A stretch of 51,290 nt of DNA from Candidatus Woesearchaeota archaeon. Lineage in GTDB: Archaea; Nanobdellota; Nanobdellia; SCGC-AAA011-G17; JAGVZF01. The DNA is taken from the NCBI GenBank assembly GCA_018302805.1, contig JAGVZD010000001.1, forward strand, positions 1-51,290. Direction: 5' to 3'. Numbering within the stretch: position 1 is the stretch's first letter; each line of letters opens with the position of its first letter. Shown one piece after another: positions 1-9,659 of the stretch. The notes below the pieces were generated by a model that saw only the letters and a list, made by a program, of their open reading frames with translations, ran no database searches and had not been told where the DNA came from. Position numbers and translations under genes: made by a program.

Positions 1-66
1 TGAAAGATTTTCTAATTCCTCTAATTTTATATGTTTGTTTGGATTATATTCAAGTATCGACGACAT
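1..66 (-). CDS. 5' end of a gene running off the window (MSSILEYNPNKHIKLEELENLS...), downstream of nrdR; product unknown
   Basis: ATG at 66-64 preceded by an AGGGGG SD-like sequence; frame open to the window edge. Confidence 0.55.
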   Translation of the reverse strand, partial: MSSILEYNPNKHIKLEELENLS

Positions 67-145
67 TTTCTATTCCCCCTTGATTTTTTTATGTTAACAA
101 GTAGCTAAAGTTAGTTCTATCTAGTACTTGTTGATAAAATAATTT

Positions 146-595
146 TTATCTAAGTTGATTCAATTCTTTTTCAAAACTGTCTAGATCTGTAAATTCCCTG
201 TAAACTGAAGCAAATCTTATGTATGCTACTGGGTCTAGTTGTTTTAGTTTTTCCATTACTAAATTCCCGATAATACTACTTTTAATTTCTGTTGTATCTT
301 GATTTCGTAATTGTAGTTCTATTTCATGAGCAATATCACTAATAACAATATTACTTACAGGTCTTTTTTCACAAGCTTTCTGCAAACCTTTTATTAATTT
401 AGTGATATCAAATAATTCTCTTCGACCATCTTTTTTTACTATCATTAATTCGAGGTGCTCTACTCTTTCATATGTAGTAAACCGTTTGTCACACTTCGTG
501 CATTCACGCCTTCTTCTTGTAGTATTTTTTACTGTTTCTGAGTCTCTTTTGTCTATCACCTTTGTTATAGAATGAAGACAATAAGGACATTTCAT
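146..595 (-). CDS. nrdR: Transcriptional repressor NrdR (Zn ribbon + ATP cone)
   Basis: MKCPYC...RRRRECTKC..RFTTYE, VKKDGRRE, ACEKRPV, LD.VAYIRFASVYREF signature motifs. Confidence 0.96.
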   Translation of the reverse strand: MKCPYCLHSITKVIDKRDSETVKNTTRRRRECTKCDKRFTTYERVEHLELMIVKKDGRRELFDITKLIKGLQKACEKRPVSNIVISDIAHEIELQLRNQDTTEIKSSIIGNLVMEKLKQLDPVAYIRFASVYREFTDLDSFEKELNQLR

Positions 596-604
596 GTTTT
601 ATTA

Positions 605-652
605 ATACAATATCTTGTGGTTTACCTCATTTTTTAATACAAAATACAGTTG
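605..652. promoter_or_regulatory. Tandem NrdR boxes upstream of nrdR
   Basis: ATACAATATCTTGTGG (605-620) matches the NrdR-box consensus acaCwAtATaTwGtgt; a weaker copy ATACAAAATACAGTTG (637-652) starts 32 bp later. Confidence 0.65.
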
Positions 653-777
653 TCATATACTAACTTATATTTAAAGATTCTCTAACTAAAAAATATAAGA
701 TATAAATGATATTCTGAAAAATACAGACTCTTCTATAGATTTTATTTTAAAATCCATGTTGACATTTTTGAGTTAAA

Positions 778-1416
778 ATGAATAAAGACGATGTAGAAAT
801 AATGGTAGTTGAAAAGAATATTTTACTTGGAAATAATTATTTTCAGGGTTTTAAAGATAATAAAGATGTTAATTTTGAAGAAGTAATTTTAGACAATTAT
901 TTTTACATAAGAAGGGGAGATGCTGAACACAATTTTAATCTTAAACAACCTATAAGCTATATGCTTCTTTATAATCCTAAATTAGATTTTCTTTTTGCAT
1001 ATGAAAGATCAAAGGAAAATGAGAAATATTCTGAAACTAGACTGCAAGGAAAGGTTTCTTGTGGAGTGGGAGGACATATTGAAAAAGTTGATCTAATTAA
1101 TAATAATCCCATACATGATAGTATGTTAAGAGAATTAGAAGAAGAAGTCGAATTTATTGGAAAGAGAAATCCCAAAGTAATAGGCTATATAAATGATGAT
1201 TCTAATGATGTTGGCAAGGTTCATTTTGGAATTTTGTATTTTATTGAAACTGATGCTAGTATTATAATTCCTAAAGCTAAAGAAATGAAAAATGGAAAAT
1301 TGCTACCATTTGATTATATAGATAAATTTGAAGAACTAAATCTTAAAGAATTAGTAGTCGAAGATTGGTCAAAAATTGCAATTGGAGCCCTAAAAAATTA
1401 TTTGGGGAAAATATAA
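778..1416 (+). CDS. NUDIX-family predicted phosphoesterase
   Basis: E.RL.GK.S.GVGGHI, RELEEEV Nudix box, INDDSN.VGKVHFG. Confidence 0.8.
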   Translation: MNKDDVEIMVVEKNILLGNNYFQGFKDNKDVNFEEVILDNYFYIRRGDAEHNFNLKQPISYMLLYNPKLDFLFAYERSKENEKYSETRLQGKVSCGVGGHIEKVDLINNNPIHDSMLRELEEEVEFIGKRNPKVIGYINDDSNDVGKVHFGILYFIETDASIIIPKAKEMKNGKLLPFDYIDKFEELNLKELVVEDWSKIAIGALKNYLGKI

Positions 1417-2036
1417 CTATTCTATTTTGCAAGAACTGAACCAATCTTTTTCAAATAATTTTTGAGGAACTTTATTTAGTTCTTCAATTTGTGCTTCAAT
1501 TAAATATGTAATTGTTAATTTATTATTTTCTTTATCAATTTCAATGTTGAGTAATTTACATTTATTTGAATTATTTTGGATAACTAATTTTATATCTTTT
1601 TCATTTACAATTTTTTTGGTTACAACTGTAATTTTCTTTTGGTAACTGCCAATACCTTTTTTTTCTAAATATCGATCTCCAAAGACTATGAGCCAAATTA
1701 AAAGGTATAAAATTGATCCAATTATGTATTGGCCTATTCCAATTGTTAATCCAAAAATTGCAAAAATCCAAATTGAAGCAGCTGTGTTAAAACCAAATAT
1801 TTTATCTGTTGTTTTTATTAAAGCTCCAGCACCAAGAAAGCCTATACCTGTTATAATTGCACTTAATAATCCACTTGGATTTTCTAAATTTAGAATTACA
1901 GATATCAAAGCTAAACCACAACTTCCAACGGCCACAAAGATAAATGTTGCAAATCCAATTGGTTTATGGCTTCTTTGTCTTTCTATTCCAATATGAATAC
2001 TACTGCAAATCTAATAATTATAATTTGTAAGTCCAC
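1417..2036 (-). pseudogene. MgtC/SapB-family membrane protein with an apparent frameshift near the 5' end
   Basis: The main frame has IGIERQRSHKPIGFATFIFVAVGSC, IITGIGFLGAG and TAASIW but no ATG before an upstream stop. The likely N-terminus (GTG at 2036: VDLQIIIIRFAVVFIL) is in a different frame and stops near 1985. Confidence 0.65.
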
Positions 2037-2160
2037 GCCGTGAATTGAATAAAGAAGTTATATATAAAGATAGATGCCCTGATCTTAAAATATATTACTT
2101 TATAGTGGTAAAAAATAGAAAGATTTAAATAGTATAAAAATCATTTTTTATAAAATTAAA

Positions 2161-2967
2161 ATGGGCGGATCAATAGGAGTAACAGTAAGAGAAGAAAATG
2201 GTAAAGAACATAGAATGTGTAGATGGACAAATACATTACCTTGGTTTATAACAAACCTTAGGTTTCTAAACAAAGATCCTAAACATCTTGAAGCTTATTT
2301 AGAACAGTGGAATATCATGAAGGCGGATTATGACAACCATAAGAATGAATGGGAATCAATAAAACAAAAATATGGAAGAGATGCTTGGAATCATGAACCA
2401 TTTGAAAATAATATGACTGGTTGTTACGCTCCCTATGCCTTTTTAGCACCCCAAGGTTATGGATTAGTTGTTGTGGATATGCAAAAAGATATTGTTTTGG
2501 ATTTTCAAGGTTATACTTCTCTTGATACAATTCATGGTGTCTCAATAGCTTCTGATATGAGTTCTGTTGCTCCAGGATTGCATGAATTTGTTATAGGTGG
2601 ACAACAAACTAAAAAATTAAGTAAAAAAGCGTTCTACCTGAAAAATGATTTTTTGAATAGTGTGAGATTTAGGGAACTATTTGAAGCGGGACGGATTACA
2701 AAGGCTATTATGGATATTAGATACCCAGATAAATTAATTTCATTAAATGGAAAATCATTAAACGATACTATTGATCTTCTAGAAAATGATGTCGAGAAAT
2801 TTTTGCAATTTCCAATAAACATGTCCCCGTATGAAGTTATAAAATACAAAGAACATAATTCAAAAGAAGCACAAAGAATGCAAGTTAAAATTAAAGAATT
2901 AGGATTCACTTTGAGTGATGAAGAAGAATCTATGTGGGATGAATGGATTGAATCCACATCAGGATAA
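2161..2967 (+). CDS. Hypothetical protein
   Basis: 268-aa ORF with a TTTAAATA TATA-like element about 30 nt upstream; family not recognised. Confidence 0.75.
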   Translation: MGGSIGVTVREENGKEHRMCRWTNTLPWFITNLRFLNKDPKHLEAYLEQWNIMKADYDNHKNEWESIKQKYGRDAWNHEPFENNMTGCYAPYAFLAPQGYGLVVVDMQKDIVLDFQGYTSLDTIHGVSIASDMSSVAPGLHEFVIGGQQTKKLSKKAFYLKNDFLNSVRFRELFEAGRITKAIMDIRYPDKLISLNGKSLNDTIDLLENDVEKFLQFPINMSPYEVIKYKEHNSKEAQRMQVKIKELGFTLSDEEESMWDEWIESTSG

Positions 2968-3147
2968 TAATTCTTTTAAATAATAAAAGTTTGTTCAAAA
3001 AACATTGATAATCCCCAATAAATCATGATGATTAATATTATTGCCTATCCAATAACCTATTTATTTCTTGTTTGACTCATTACTAATTTATTACTCAAGA
3101 AATATATAAGATATAATAAAAATTAGGTCTGAATCTTATATACTTAA

Positions 3148-4920
3148 TTATCCATATGCATAATAATCACCAGATGTTTTTTGTTTTTGATCTAATTGAG
3201 ATCCGGGCTTATTGATTCTTGGTCTATTGGTTTGCTTATCTCTTCTATATGTTATATTTAGATCTTTTAGAACTCTGTTCATACCTTCTTTTTTTTCGAC
3301 AGGACCATAGACAGTTCCATTAATTCCAGATTGACCTTCAAAAACTAACATAGAATCTGCAATGTAATCAATAAATTGAACATCATGATCTACAACAATA
3401 GCACATTTCTCATAAACTTCAATAAAATCTTTTATTACATGAGCAACATGTAATCTATCTTCAACATCAATAAAAGCACTAGGCTCATCAAAAGCATAAA
3501 TATCTGCCTGTTTTGAAATGGTTAAGGCAATATGAAACTTTTGTAATTCTCCTCCGCTTAGATATGAAACTTCATGATCGAGTAAATTTTGAAGACCTAA
3601 TTTTTCTAGAACATTATGTTTGTACCAACCTGAAGCAAATAGAGGACCAGCAGCTTTCATAAGTAATTGCTGAACTTTACCTTCAATAGCTTTTGGATAC
3701 TGTTCTTTGTAGACAATTTTGTATTTTGAAATCTTTCCCTTTGTTGGATTTTCAATTCCACTTAAAATTTTAAGGAAAGTTGATTTTCCCAAACCATTAG
3801 CACCCATTACCCCTAGAATTTCCTTTTTATGAATTGTACCTGAAGTTATTTTTAAATTAAATTTATCATAATTCTTTTCTATGTCAGGATATTCTAGTAA
3901 TATATCTTTTGTATATTTAATTTTTTCTTCGGCTGGAAAATATTTTATTTTATAATCTCTAAAACGCATATTTTCATTAATTAAATATCCATCTAAGTAT
4001 TCATTAATTCCATTTCTTACAGATTTCGATTGAGAAAATATACCATAACATGCTCTCTCTCCATAAACTATTACAATTTCATCAGAGACATAATCCAATG
4101 TTGTAAGATCATGTTCAACCAACACTACTGATGTTTCTTCTGATAATTTTCTTATTAAATTTGCAACTTTAATCCTTGCATTAATATCTAGAAATGAAGC
4201 AGGTTCATCAAAATAAATTACATCTGCATCTTTTACTGATGCCGCAATAATTGCAACTTTTTGTAATTCTCCCCCGCTTAAATCTTGAATATTTCTATTT
4301 TTTAGATGTTCAATTTCCAACTCTTTAAGCAGCTGAAGACCTGTATTTTTCTTGTCAACTTTTTCAATTAATTCAAAAACTGTTCCTTTGTATAATTGGG
4401 GTATTAACTCAATTCTTTGAGGCTTATAAGATATTTTTATTTTGCCATTGAATAAATCTTTGAAATAATCACCAAGAATTGAGCCTTTAAAATATGAAAT
4501 AATTTCCTTATCATCAATTTTTTTATTATAATTACCAAAGTTTAGTTTTAAGGTATCTGTAAGAAGTTCAAGTGCAGTTGATTTTCCAATACCATTTCTT
4601 CCTAATATGCCAACCACTTTCCCTTTTTTTGGAGTTGGTAAAGAGAATAACTCAAATGAATTTTTTGCATATCTGAATAAGGGATTTTCCTTTCTCTCAG
4701 GTAAGTTAATGATATGAATTGCTCCAAATGGGCAAGCTTTTTCGCAAATTTTGCAGCCATCATTACTTAATTCTTCATTAATTTCAATTTTGCCATCATC
4801 GCTTTTTACCATGCATTCTTTGCCCATCCTATTATTTGGACAAACTCGTAGGCAATAATAGGTTCCTGGACACTCTAATGGGTGGCATTTATCTTTTTCT
4901 AGAATAGCAATTCTAACCAT
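3148..4920 (-). CDS. rli: Ribosome recycling ATPase ABCE1/RLI
   Basis: N-terminal Fe-S Cys cluster, two ABC domains (GRNGIGKS, GANGLGKS, LSGGELQ twice, FDEP), C-terminal RPRINKPGSQLD. Confidence 0.96.
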   Translation of the reverse strand: MVRIAILEKDKCHPLECPGTYYCLRVCPNNRMGKECMVKSDDGKIEINEELSNDGCKICEKACPFGAIHIINLPERKENPLFRYAKNSFELFSLPTPKKGKVVGILGRNGIGKSTALELLTDTLKLNFGNYNKKIDDKEIISYFKGSILGDYFKDLFNGKIKISYKPQRIELIPQLYKGTVFELIEKVDKKNTGLQLLKELEIEHLKNRNIQDLSGGELQKVAIIAASVKDADVIYFDEPASFLDINARIKVANLIRKLSEETSVVLVEHDLTTLDYVSDEIVIVYGERACYGIFSQSKSVRNGINEYLDGYLINENMRFRDYKIKYFPAEEKIKYTKDILLEYPDIEKNYDKFNLKITSGTIHKKEILGVMGANGLGKSTFLKILSGIENPTKGKISKYKIVYKEQYPKAIEGKVQQLLMKAAGPLFASGWYKHNVLEKLGLQNLLDHEVSYLSGGELQKFHIALTISKQADIYAFDEPSAFIDVEDRLHVAHVIKDFIEVYEKCAIVVDHDVQFIDYIADSMLVFEGQSGINGTVYGPVEKKEGMNRVLKDLNITYRRDKQTNRPRINKPGSQLDQKQKTSGDYYAYG

Positions 4921-4961
4921 AGAATTAAATCATAATAAGAATTTATAAGATTTTGGTATTC

Positions 4962-5621
4962 TCAAAAGTTGGTTTCAATACTTCCCTGTTTTTTCCTCTC
5001 ATTCAAATGACCATAGATATCTACTAGAGTCTTTACTAACACTAAAAACAAATCAGGGGCTTTAATAAGCATACCAAATACAATTACTGCATGAATTATT
5101 ATTACCCTTTGCCAAGGCGAATGCATAACATCGTATAATGTGGTTTTCTTATATTCTTTATATTTAATAAAATTAAGCTTATAACTTAGAGTATGACTAG
5201 CAATAAACGCTATAGCCAGAACCATTATGGATACTAATGTATTGTAATTCAAACTTAGTTTTACTTTAGTGGCTAAGTCACTACCGGATATTGTTGTGCC
5301 TAAAGGAATAAAAATCCACCCCAATATAAAAAATAAATAGAAAAAGAGAATAAAAATATATGATTTTGCAAATGCCTTTATAATATAATTTTTACTTCTG
5401 CGAGGATTATTATAATAAGGTCCAAATTTCTCAACTTTTCTTGCTTTAAGAATTACAAATATTAAAAAAAATAAACTTTCTAACCAATATGCTAATAATA
5501 GAGATGCTGAATTTAAATTATTGGTAATAACTGCATAAGCAGCAACAGAGTTTACCAAAATAAGAACAATTACTGAAATGCTTTTATGTCCTATGTTGCT
5601 AATTTTAGTATCCTTGGTCAT
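4962..5621 (-). CDS. Multi-pass membrane protein (DUF6498-like)
   Basis: YWLES, SH..SY..NFI...EY, P.QRVIIIH and K..VD...HL.ER motifs; hydrophobic segments. Confidence 0.65.
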   Translation of the reverse strand: MTKDTKISNIGHKSISVIVLILVNSVAAYAVITNNLNSASLLLAYWLESLFFLIFVILKARKVEKFGPYYNNPRRSKNYIIKAFAKSYIFILFFYLFFILGWIFIPLGTTISGSDLATKVKLSLNYNTLVSIMVLAIAFIASHTLSYKLNFIKYKEYKKTTLYDVMHSPWQRVIIIHAVIVFGMLIKAPDLFLVLVKTLVDIYGHLNERKKQGSIETNF

Positions 5622-5696
5622 AGACCTTTTTACCTCTTTTTCTATGGTTTATAAGGTTTTGGTAATGTTTTTAAATCAAATATGATTATCATTTTT

Positions 5697-5834
5697 ATGA
5701 GATGTAGTATTTGTGATCAAAAAATTGAATTAACATTTTTGGATAAAATTAAAGGTACTTACATTAAGAAGAAACTTGTATGCCGTGTTTGTCAGCAGAA
5801 GTACAAGAAAGAAGAATTATTGCAAAAAATATAA
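5697..5834 (+). CDS. Small Zn-finger protein (45 aa), below the ORF-track cut-off
   Basis: MRCSICDQKIELTFLDKIKGTYIKKKLVCRVCQQKYKKEELLQKI; two CxxC pairs. Confidence 0.75.
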   Translation: MRCSICDQKIELTFLDKIKGTYIKKKLVCRVCQQKYKKEELLQKI

Positions 5835-5881
5835 GATATTGCTCTTGATTAAGTTCGCGTAGTCATGTTATTTAATCTTCT

Positions 5882-5956
5882 GCCCCTATAGCTCAGATTT
5901 GGTAGAGCACCATCCTCGTAAGATGGGGGTCCTGGGTCCAAATCCCAGTAGGGGCT
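5882..5956 (+). tRNA. tRNA-Thr(CGT), CCA not encoded
   Basis: Cloverleaf: acceptor GCCCCTA/TAGGGGC, D stem GCTC/GAGC, anticodon stem CCATC/GATGG with loop CTCGTAA, T stem CTGGG/CCCAG; U discriminator. Confidence 0.93.
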
Positions 5957-5998
5957 TATTTTAAATTGAGAATTAATCAGTAAGTTTAAAATGGAATT

Positions 5999-6697
5999 TT
6001 ATGATTTTGATAAGTATTTATTGAGAATTTTTTGTAAGTCTGCAAGTACTGGAGTTAATTCTGAAATTTTATAGTCTTTGGCAACCTCAGAGATGTATTT
6101 TAAATTAGGAACAATTATATGCATTGAATTTGGTGAACTTCTTGGATTATAAGAGGAAATATCTGAATTTGACATAGCACGATCTATTGCAATAGCCACT
6201 AATGAACGATTACTTATATCCATCCCCATTGGTAAAATTAATGGATTTCCATTTAGTTCACGCGTAATATCACAAACTAATTGATCAATCACTATTATTT
6301 CAGGAAGCCTTTTTGAATATTCTGCTTTTGTAAGTTTTGCATCGTCTGAGCATTTAAGGTCAGTACTTAAAAGATAGCTGTTACTTATTGAATCTATCAA
6401 GTAATTCCAAATATCACCTGGAATTTCAGGTTCAAGAGCTACTTTTTGTCTTATTGTATTATCGTATTGATTTCTAACTGGCGCAATGTTTAGCAAATAT
6501 GGGCCAAATGATTCCAAGAAAATCCTTATATTATTATAAATTTTAGTTTGCTGTTCAAAAAAATTATTAACTAAGAAATTAGATAATATTTTATTGGCAT
6601 CAGAAATTAAAGTTGATTTATTAGTTTGATTTGGCACATTAACTTTGTCTTTTGATTCGTCTATTTCAATTCCGTTTAATTGATCATCAATTGGCAT
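5999..6697 (-). CDS. MPID-tag protein, group C (232 aa)
   Basis: Start reassigned to MPIDDQLNGIE (ATG 1 nt after the upstream TAA); shares STDL, LPE, P.I.M..RSL motifs with 7408-8175 and 8919-9659. Confidence 0.8.
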   Translation of the reverse strand: MPIDDQLNGIEIDESKDKVNVPNQTNKSTLISDANKILSNFLVNNFFEQQTKIYNNIRIFLESFGPYLLNIAPVRNQYDNTIRQKVALEPEIPGDIWNYLIDSISNSYLLSTDLKCSDDAKLTKAEYSKRLPEIIVIDQLVCDITRELNGNPLILPMGMDISNRSLVAIAIDRAMSNSDISSYNPRSSPNSMHIIVPNLKYISEVAKDYKISELTPVLADLQKILNKYLSKS

Positions 6698-6698
6698 T

Positions 6699-7406
6699 TT
6701 AAGCTTCATCTCTCCAGTATTTATCAATTTCTTCCTTCAATTTATATTCAAGATCTGATTTTTCATCATCTGAGATTTTAATAGATGGTGTGTTAAAATG
6801 AACAAATGGTTTTTGTAAAGGTAATTCCTGAGTTGCAAATTTAGATGTTCTATCTTTGAAAATAACACATATATCATATCTACCATTGCATGTTGTATTA
6901 ACTTCTTCACCATCAATTGTGCATTGGTCTAATATATTCCTTTTGGAAAAATCCGGATCATATTTAAAATATGGACAAACAAGATTTAATCCCAATGGCG
7001 CTAACTTAGCGTAAAATTGTAATGCATCATCAGAAGTTGGATTTAATTCCAATTGTATTGCTTTCATTGAAATATATTCTATTCTATCTAATTGATTAGA
7101 AAGTATTAATGCATTTTTGTATATTTCTGGAAATTCTGGATTCGTTACAAAATTACAAATTGCCTTATCTAGTTCATTTAAAGAATTATTAAGAGGCCAA
7201 AAATTGGATAAACCTTTTAGATGAGCTTTTATTAATTGCACTTGCTTTTCTTTGTCTTTTGATATTAAAAAATTCTGGTAGTGTTCAACTTCCCTAGTTA
7301 AATTTTCAATCTGAAGTTTATATTCGTGTGCTTTTCTTTGAAGTTCTTCCAATTGCTTTAATTCATCTGCAATTCTCAATTTTTCTATTTGATCATCTAT
7401 TGGCAT
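6699..7406 (-). CDS. MPID-tag protein, singleton group E (235 aa; N-terminal coiled coil, Cys cluster)
   Basis: Start at MPIDDQIEKLR; heptad-like ELKQLEELQRKAHEYKLQIENLTREVE; CPYF...C...TTCNGRYDIC. Confidence 0.8.
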   Translation of the reverse strand: MPIDDQIEKLRIADELKQLEELQRKAHEYKLQIENLTREVEHYQNFLISKDKEKQVQLIKAHLKGLSNFWPLNNSLNELDKAICNFVTNPEFPEIYKNALILSNQLDRIEYISMKAIQLELNPTSDDALQFYAKLAPLGLNLVCPYFKYDPDFSKRNILDQCTIDGEEVNTTCNGRYDICVIFKDRTSKFATQELPLQKPFVHFNTPSIKISDDEKSDLEYKLKEEIDKYWRDEA

Positions 7407-7407
7407 T

Positions 7408-8175
7408 TTATGGGCACCATATTTTGACATAATTGTCTCTTGTTTTATTGAAATCTTCCATTGTTCGAACTATTTCTTTAACACTATATTGTTTAGCCAC
7501 TGTCAAATAATTGCCAGCAAATGGTGTCAACTTTTCAAAAATATACTTTAAATTAGCGGAACCTGCTATTAAGTCACTCCTCTTAGAGGTAATCTGGTCA
7601 ATCTGAACTGATTTAAGAAACTCATCTACTACTAATGTTGCTAGGGATCTATATTGAAGATTCATTGACATAACTATCAATTGAGGATGACAAGTCATTA
7701 ATTGCGATGCTCTTTCATTATTTCCTGAAATAACTAAATCATTTTTTAATAATTTAAATTCAGGAATTAAATCTCTTAATTGATTAAAAAATCTATCCTT
7801 CTTAAAATATGTCACCAAATCAGTAGATTCAACATAATCTCCAAGTATTATATTTCCTATTTCCTTAAGCTTATCATCAGCTAGATCAGCATTAAAACGT
7901 GAAATTATTAGCTTCCTGCTACTGAATGGAATTAATTCTGGCAAAAATGTTAGTAATTCTAATCCCAAAGATCGCAGAATATTTTGAGAATAATTACTTA
8001 TCTGGTGAAGTGGATGATCTTGCCCAGATAGTTTTCCATGGTAAAAATCAAGTAAATATCCACCCATTACCTTTCTTGCATCAGCGTCTAAGGAATCTGG
8101 TATGGTAATCTTACTACTTTGATCTGGTTTATTTGGCAAATCTTCAAGATTATCAAGTTGTTCATCAATTGGCAT
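7408..8175 (-). CDS. MPID-tag protein, group C (255 aa)
   Basis: Start at MPIDEQLDNLE; YL..F..G.L.GQ, STDL, IPEFK, HPQLIVMS shared with 8919-9659. Confidence 0.8.
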   Translation of the reverse strand: MPIDEQLDNLEDLPNKPDQSSKITIPDSLDADARKVMGGYLLDFYHGKLSGQDHPLHQISNYSQNILRSLGLELLTFLPELIPFSSRKLIISRFNADLADDKLKEIGNIILGDYVESTDLVTYFKKDRFFNQLRDLIPEFKLLKNDLVISGNNERASQLMTCHPQLIVMSMNLQYRSLATLVVDEFLKSVQIDQITSKRSDLIAGSANLKYIFEKLTPFAGNYLTVAKQYSVKEIVRTMEDFNKTRDNYVKIWCP

Positions 8176-8176
8176 T

Positions 8177-8917
8177 TTACACCTTGAGCTTCCCTGGTCT
8201 AACAGCCATCCATGAGACAGAAATACGTGGATTCCCAATCTGCAGGTGAATTTCTTGTCGTTTATAATAACTATCAGCACAGATTATCCTGGCTTTAGAT
8301 GGTGATCCGATAGTACATGGGTAATAGTAGCCCACTTTTCCAACAGTTACATCTGCTCTTGGAAAACCTTGGTGTGTAGAATTTCTAAGCCAATCTAATA
8401 AGTCAATTAATTTTGGTTTCCTTACCGCGATTAAAGTTTCCGGGTCAATTTCTTCTGTTTTTTTAATTAATCTATTTTCTAAAAATTGGTGGTAAGTAAT
8501 TAATTCTTCACGGTCTTTCCTGGAAAAAACAATGTCCACCCATTCACCTCTTGACAGTTCTTGTGGATCTATAATATTATTTAATAATCTTTGACGTATT
8601 TCTTGTGGCACTTTCGTACCGTCTCCGTAAAATACACTTCTTGATTCTAACAAGTTTAATAAGTCAACATACTGTCGCATATTAAGCATGAACATACCTT
8701 CGCGATGGAGTAATTTATGGGTTTTTGTAAAAGAGGTACGCCAATGCTTTTTTTTCAAGGCAATAAAAATATCTGGATAAGAATAAGTTCCGTATAATTT
8801 ACCTTCTAATATAATATAATTCTTGAGCTGGTCAGAATCAAGAGGTTCATCTAATTTAATATGTCTAGTGCTATCTTGTAAATCTTCTAATTTTTCCAGG
8901 TGATCGTCAATTGGCAT
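8177..8917 (-). CDS. MPID-tag protein, group A (CLec/FGE-like, DGR-target-like)
   Basis: MPIDDHLEKLE; YIILEGKLYGTYSYPD, MLNMRQYVD, RGEW, DWL..ST.QG.P, terminal AVRP. Confidence 0.8.
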   Translation of the reverse strand: MPIDDHLEKLEDLQDSTRHIKLDEPLDSDQLKNYIILEGKLYGTYSYPDIFIALKKKHWRTSFTKTHKLLHREGMFMLNMRQYVDLLNLLESRSVFYGDGTKVPQEIRQRLLNNIIDPQELSRGEWVDIVFSRKDREELITYHQFLENRLIKKTEEIDPETLIAVRKPKLIDLLDWLRNSTHQGFPRADVTVGKVGYYYPCTIGSPSKARIICADSYYKRQEIHLQIGNPRISVSWMAVRPGKLKV

Positions 8918-8918
8918 T

Positions 8919-9659
8919 TTAACTTATACAACGTGTATATTTTTCAATGGCTGTTTCTAAGGCCATTAAATTGGATAGAATTGTTTTGCAATTATATGTA
9001 GATGCGGTTTCTAAAAAATCTTTAGTTGAAGGCATAAATTGTTCTAATATATTTAGTTTTTTTGCATGAGAGAGAATGCGCCAATTTGCGCAACCAGACA
9101 AATCAATAGTTCCCTTATTAATTGATCTTTCAATTGCTAGAGCTGTAAGAGGTCTGTCTTCTGGAATTAAACTCATTACAATTAATTGTGGGTGAAGTGT
9201 AGTCCTCTGAATAGCAGTCTCAATTTTACAATTTATTAGCTTATTTTTAACAACTTTAAATTCTGGTAATATTTCCTCAAGTTTTTTTGGATTACTTCCA
9301 TCAACGAAGCTATAGAGATCTGTTTTCAGTGCTTCATTTCCATACATTTTTCTGATAATACATTCTATATCTCTAGGATCTGTTATATTCAAAAGATTTA
9401 TCTTTAAATAAAAATCATATCGTGTTTTTGTAGGATAAATTGCAAACAAATCAGGTCCTAATGTAGTGATTGCTTTTCTTGTTTGAGTGTCTAATTCTAA
9501 GGATGTTTGTTGACCTGGCAATTCACCTTGAAAAAATTGTGTTAGATATTTTTCAAGAATAGATTTTGCTCCACTAACTAATTGTTCTTCATTAGACTTC
9601 TGACTGACAATATCTCTTTCATCGTCTGCAACTTGTTCTAATATTTTGTCTATTGGCAT
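8919..9659 (-). CDS. MPID-tag protein, group C (246 aa)
   Basis: MPIDKILEQVA; TAATG overlap with the ATPase stop codon; group C motifs. Confidence 0.8.
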   Translation of the reverse strand: MPIDKILEQVADDERDIVSQKSNEEQLVSGAKSILEKYLTQFFQGELPGQQTSLELDTQTRKAITTLGPDLFAIYPTKTRYDFYLKINLLNITDPRDIECIIRKMYGNEALKTDLYSFVDGSNPKKLEEILPEFKVVKNKLINCKIETAIQRTTLHPQLIVMSLIPEDRPLTALAIERSINKGTIDLSGCANWRILSHAKKLNILEQFMPSTKDFLETASTYNCKTILSNLMALETAIEKYTRCIS

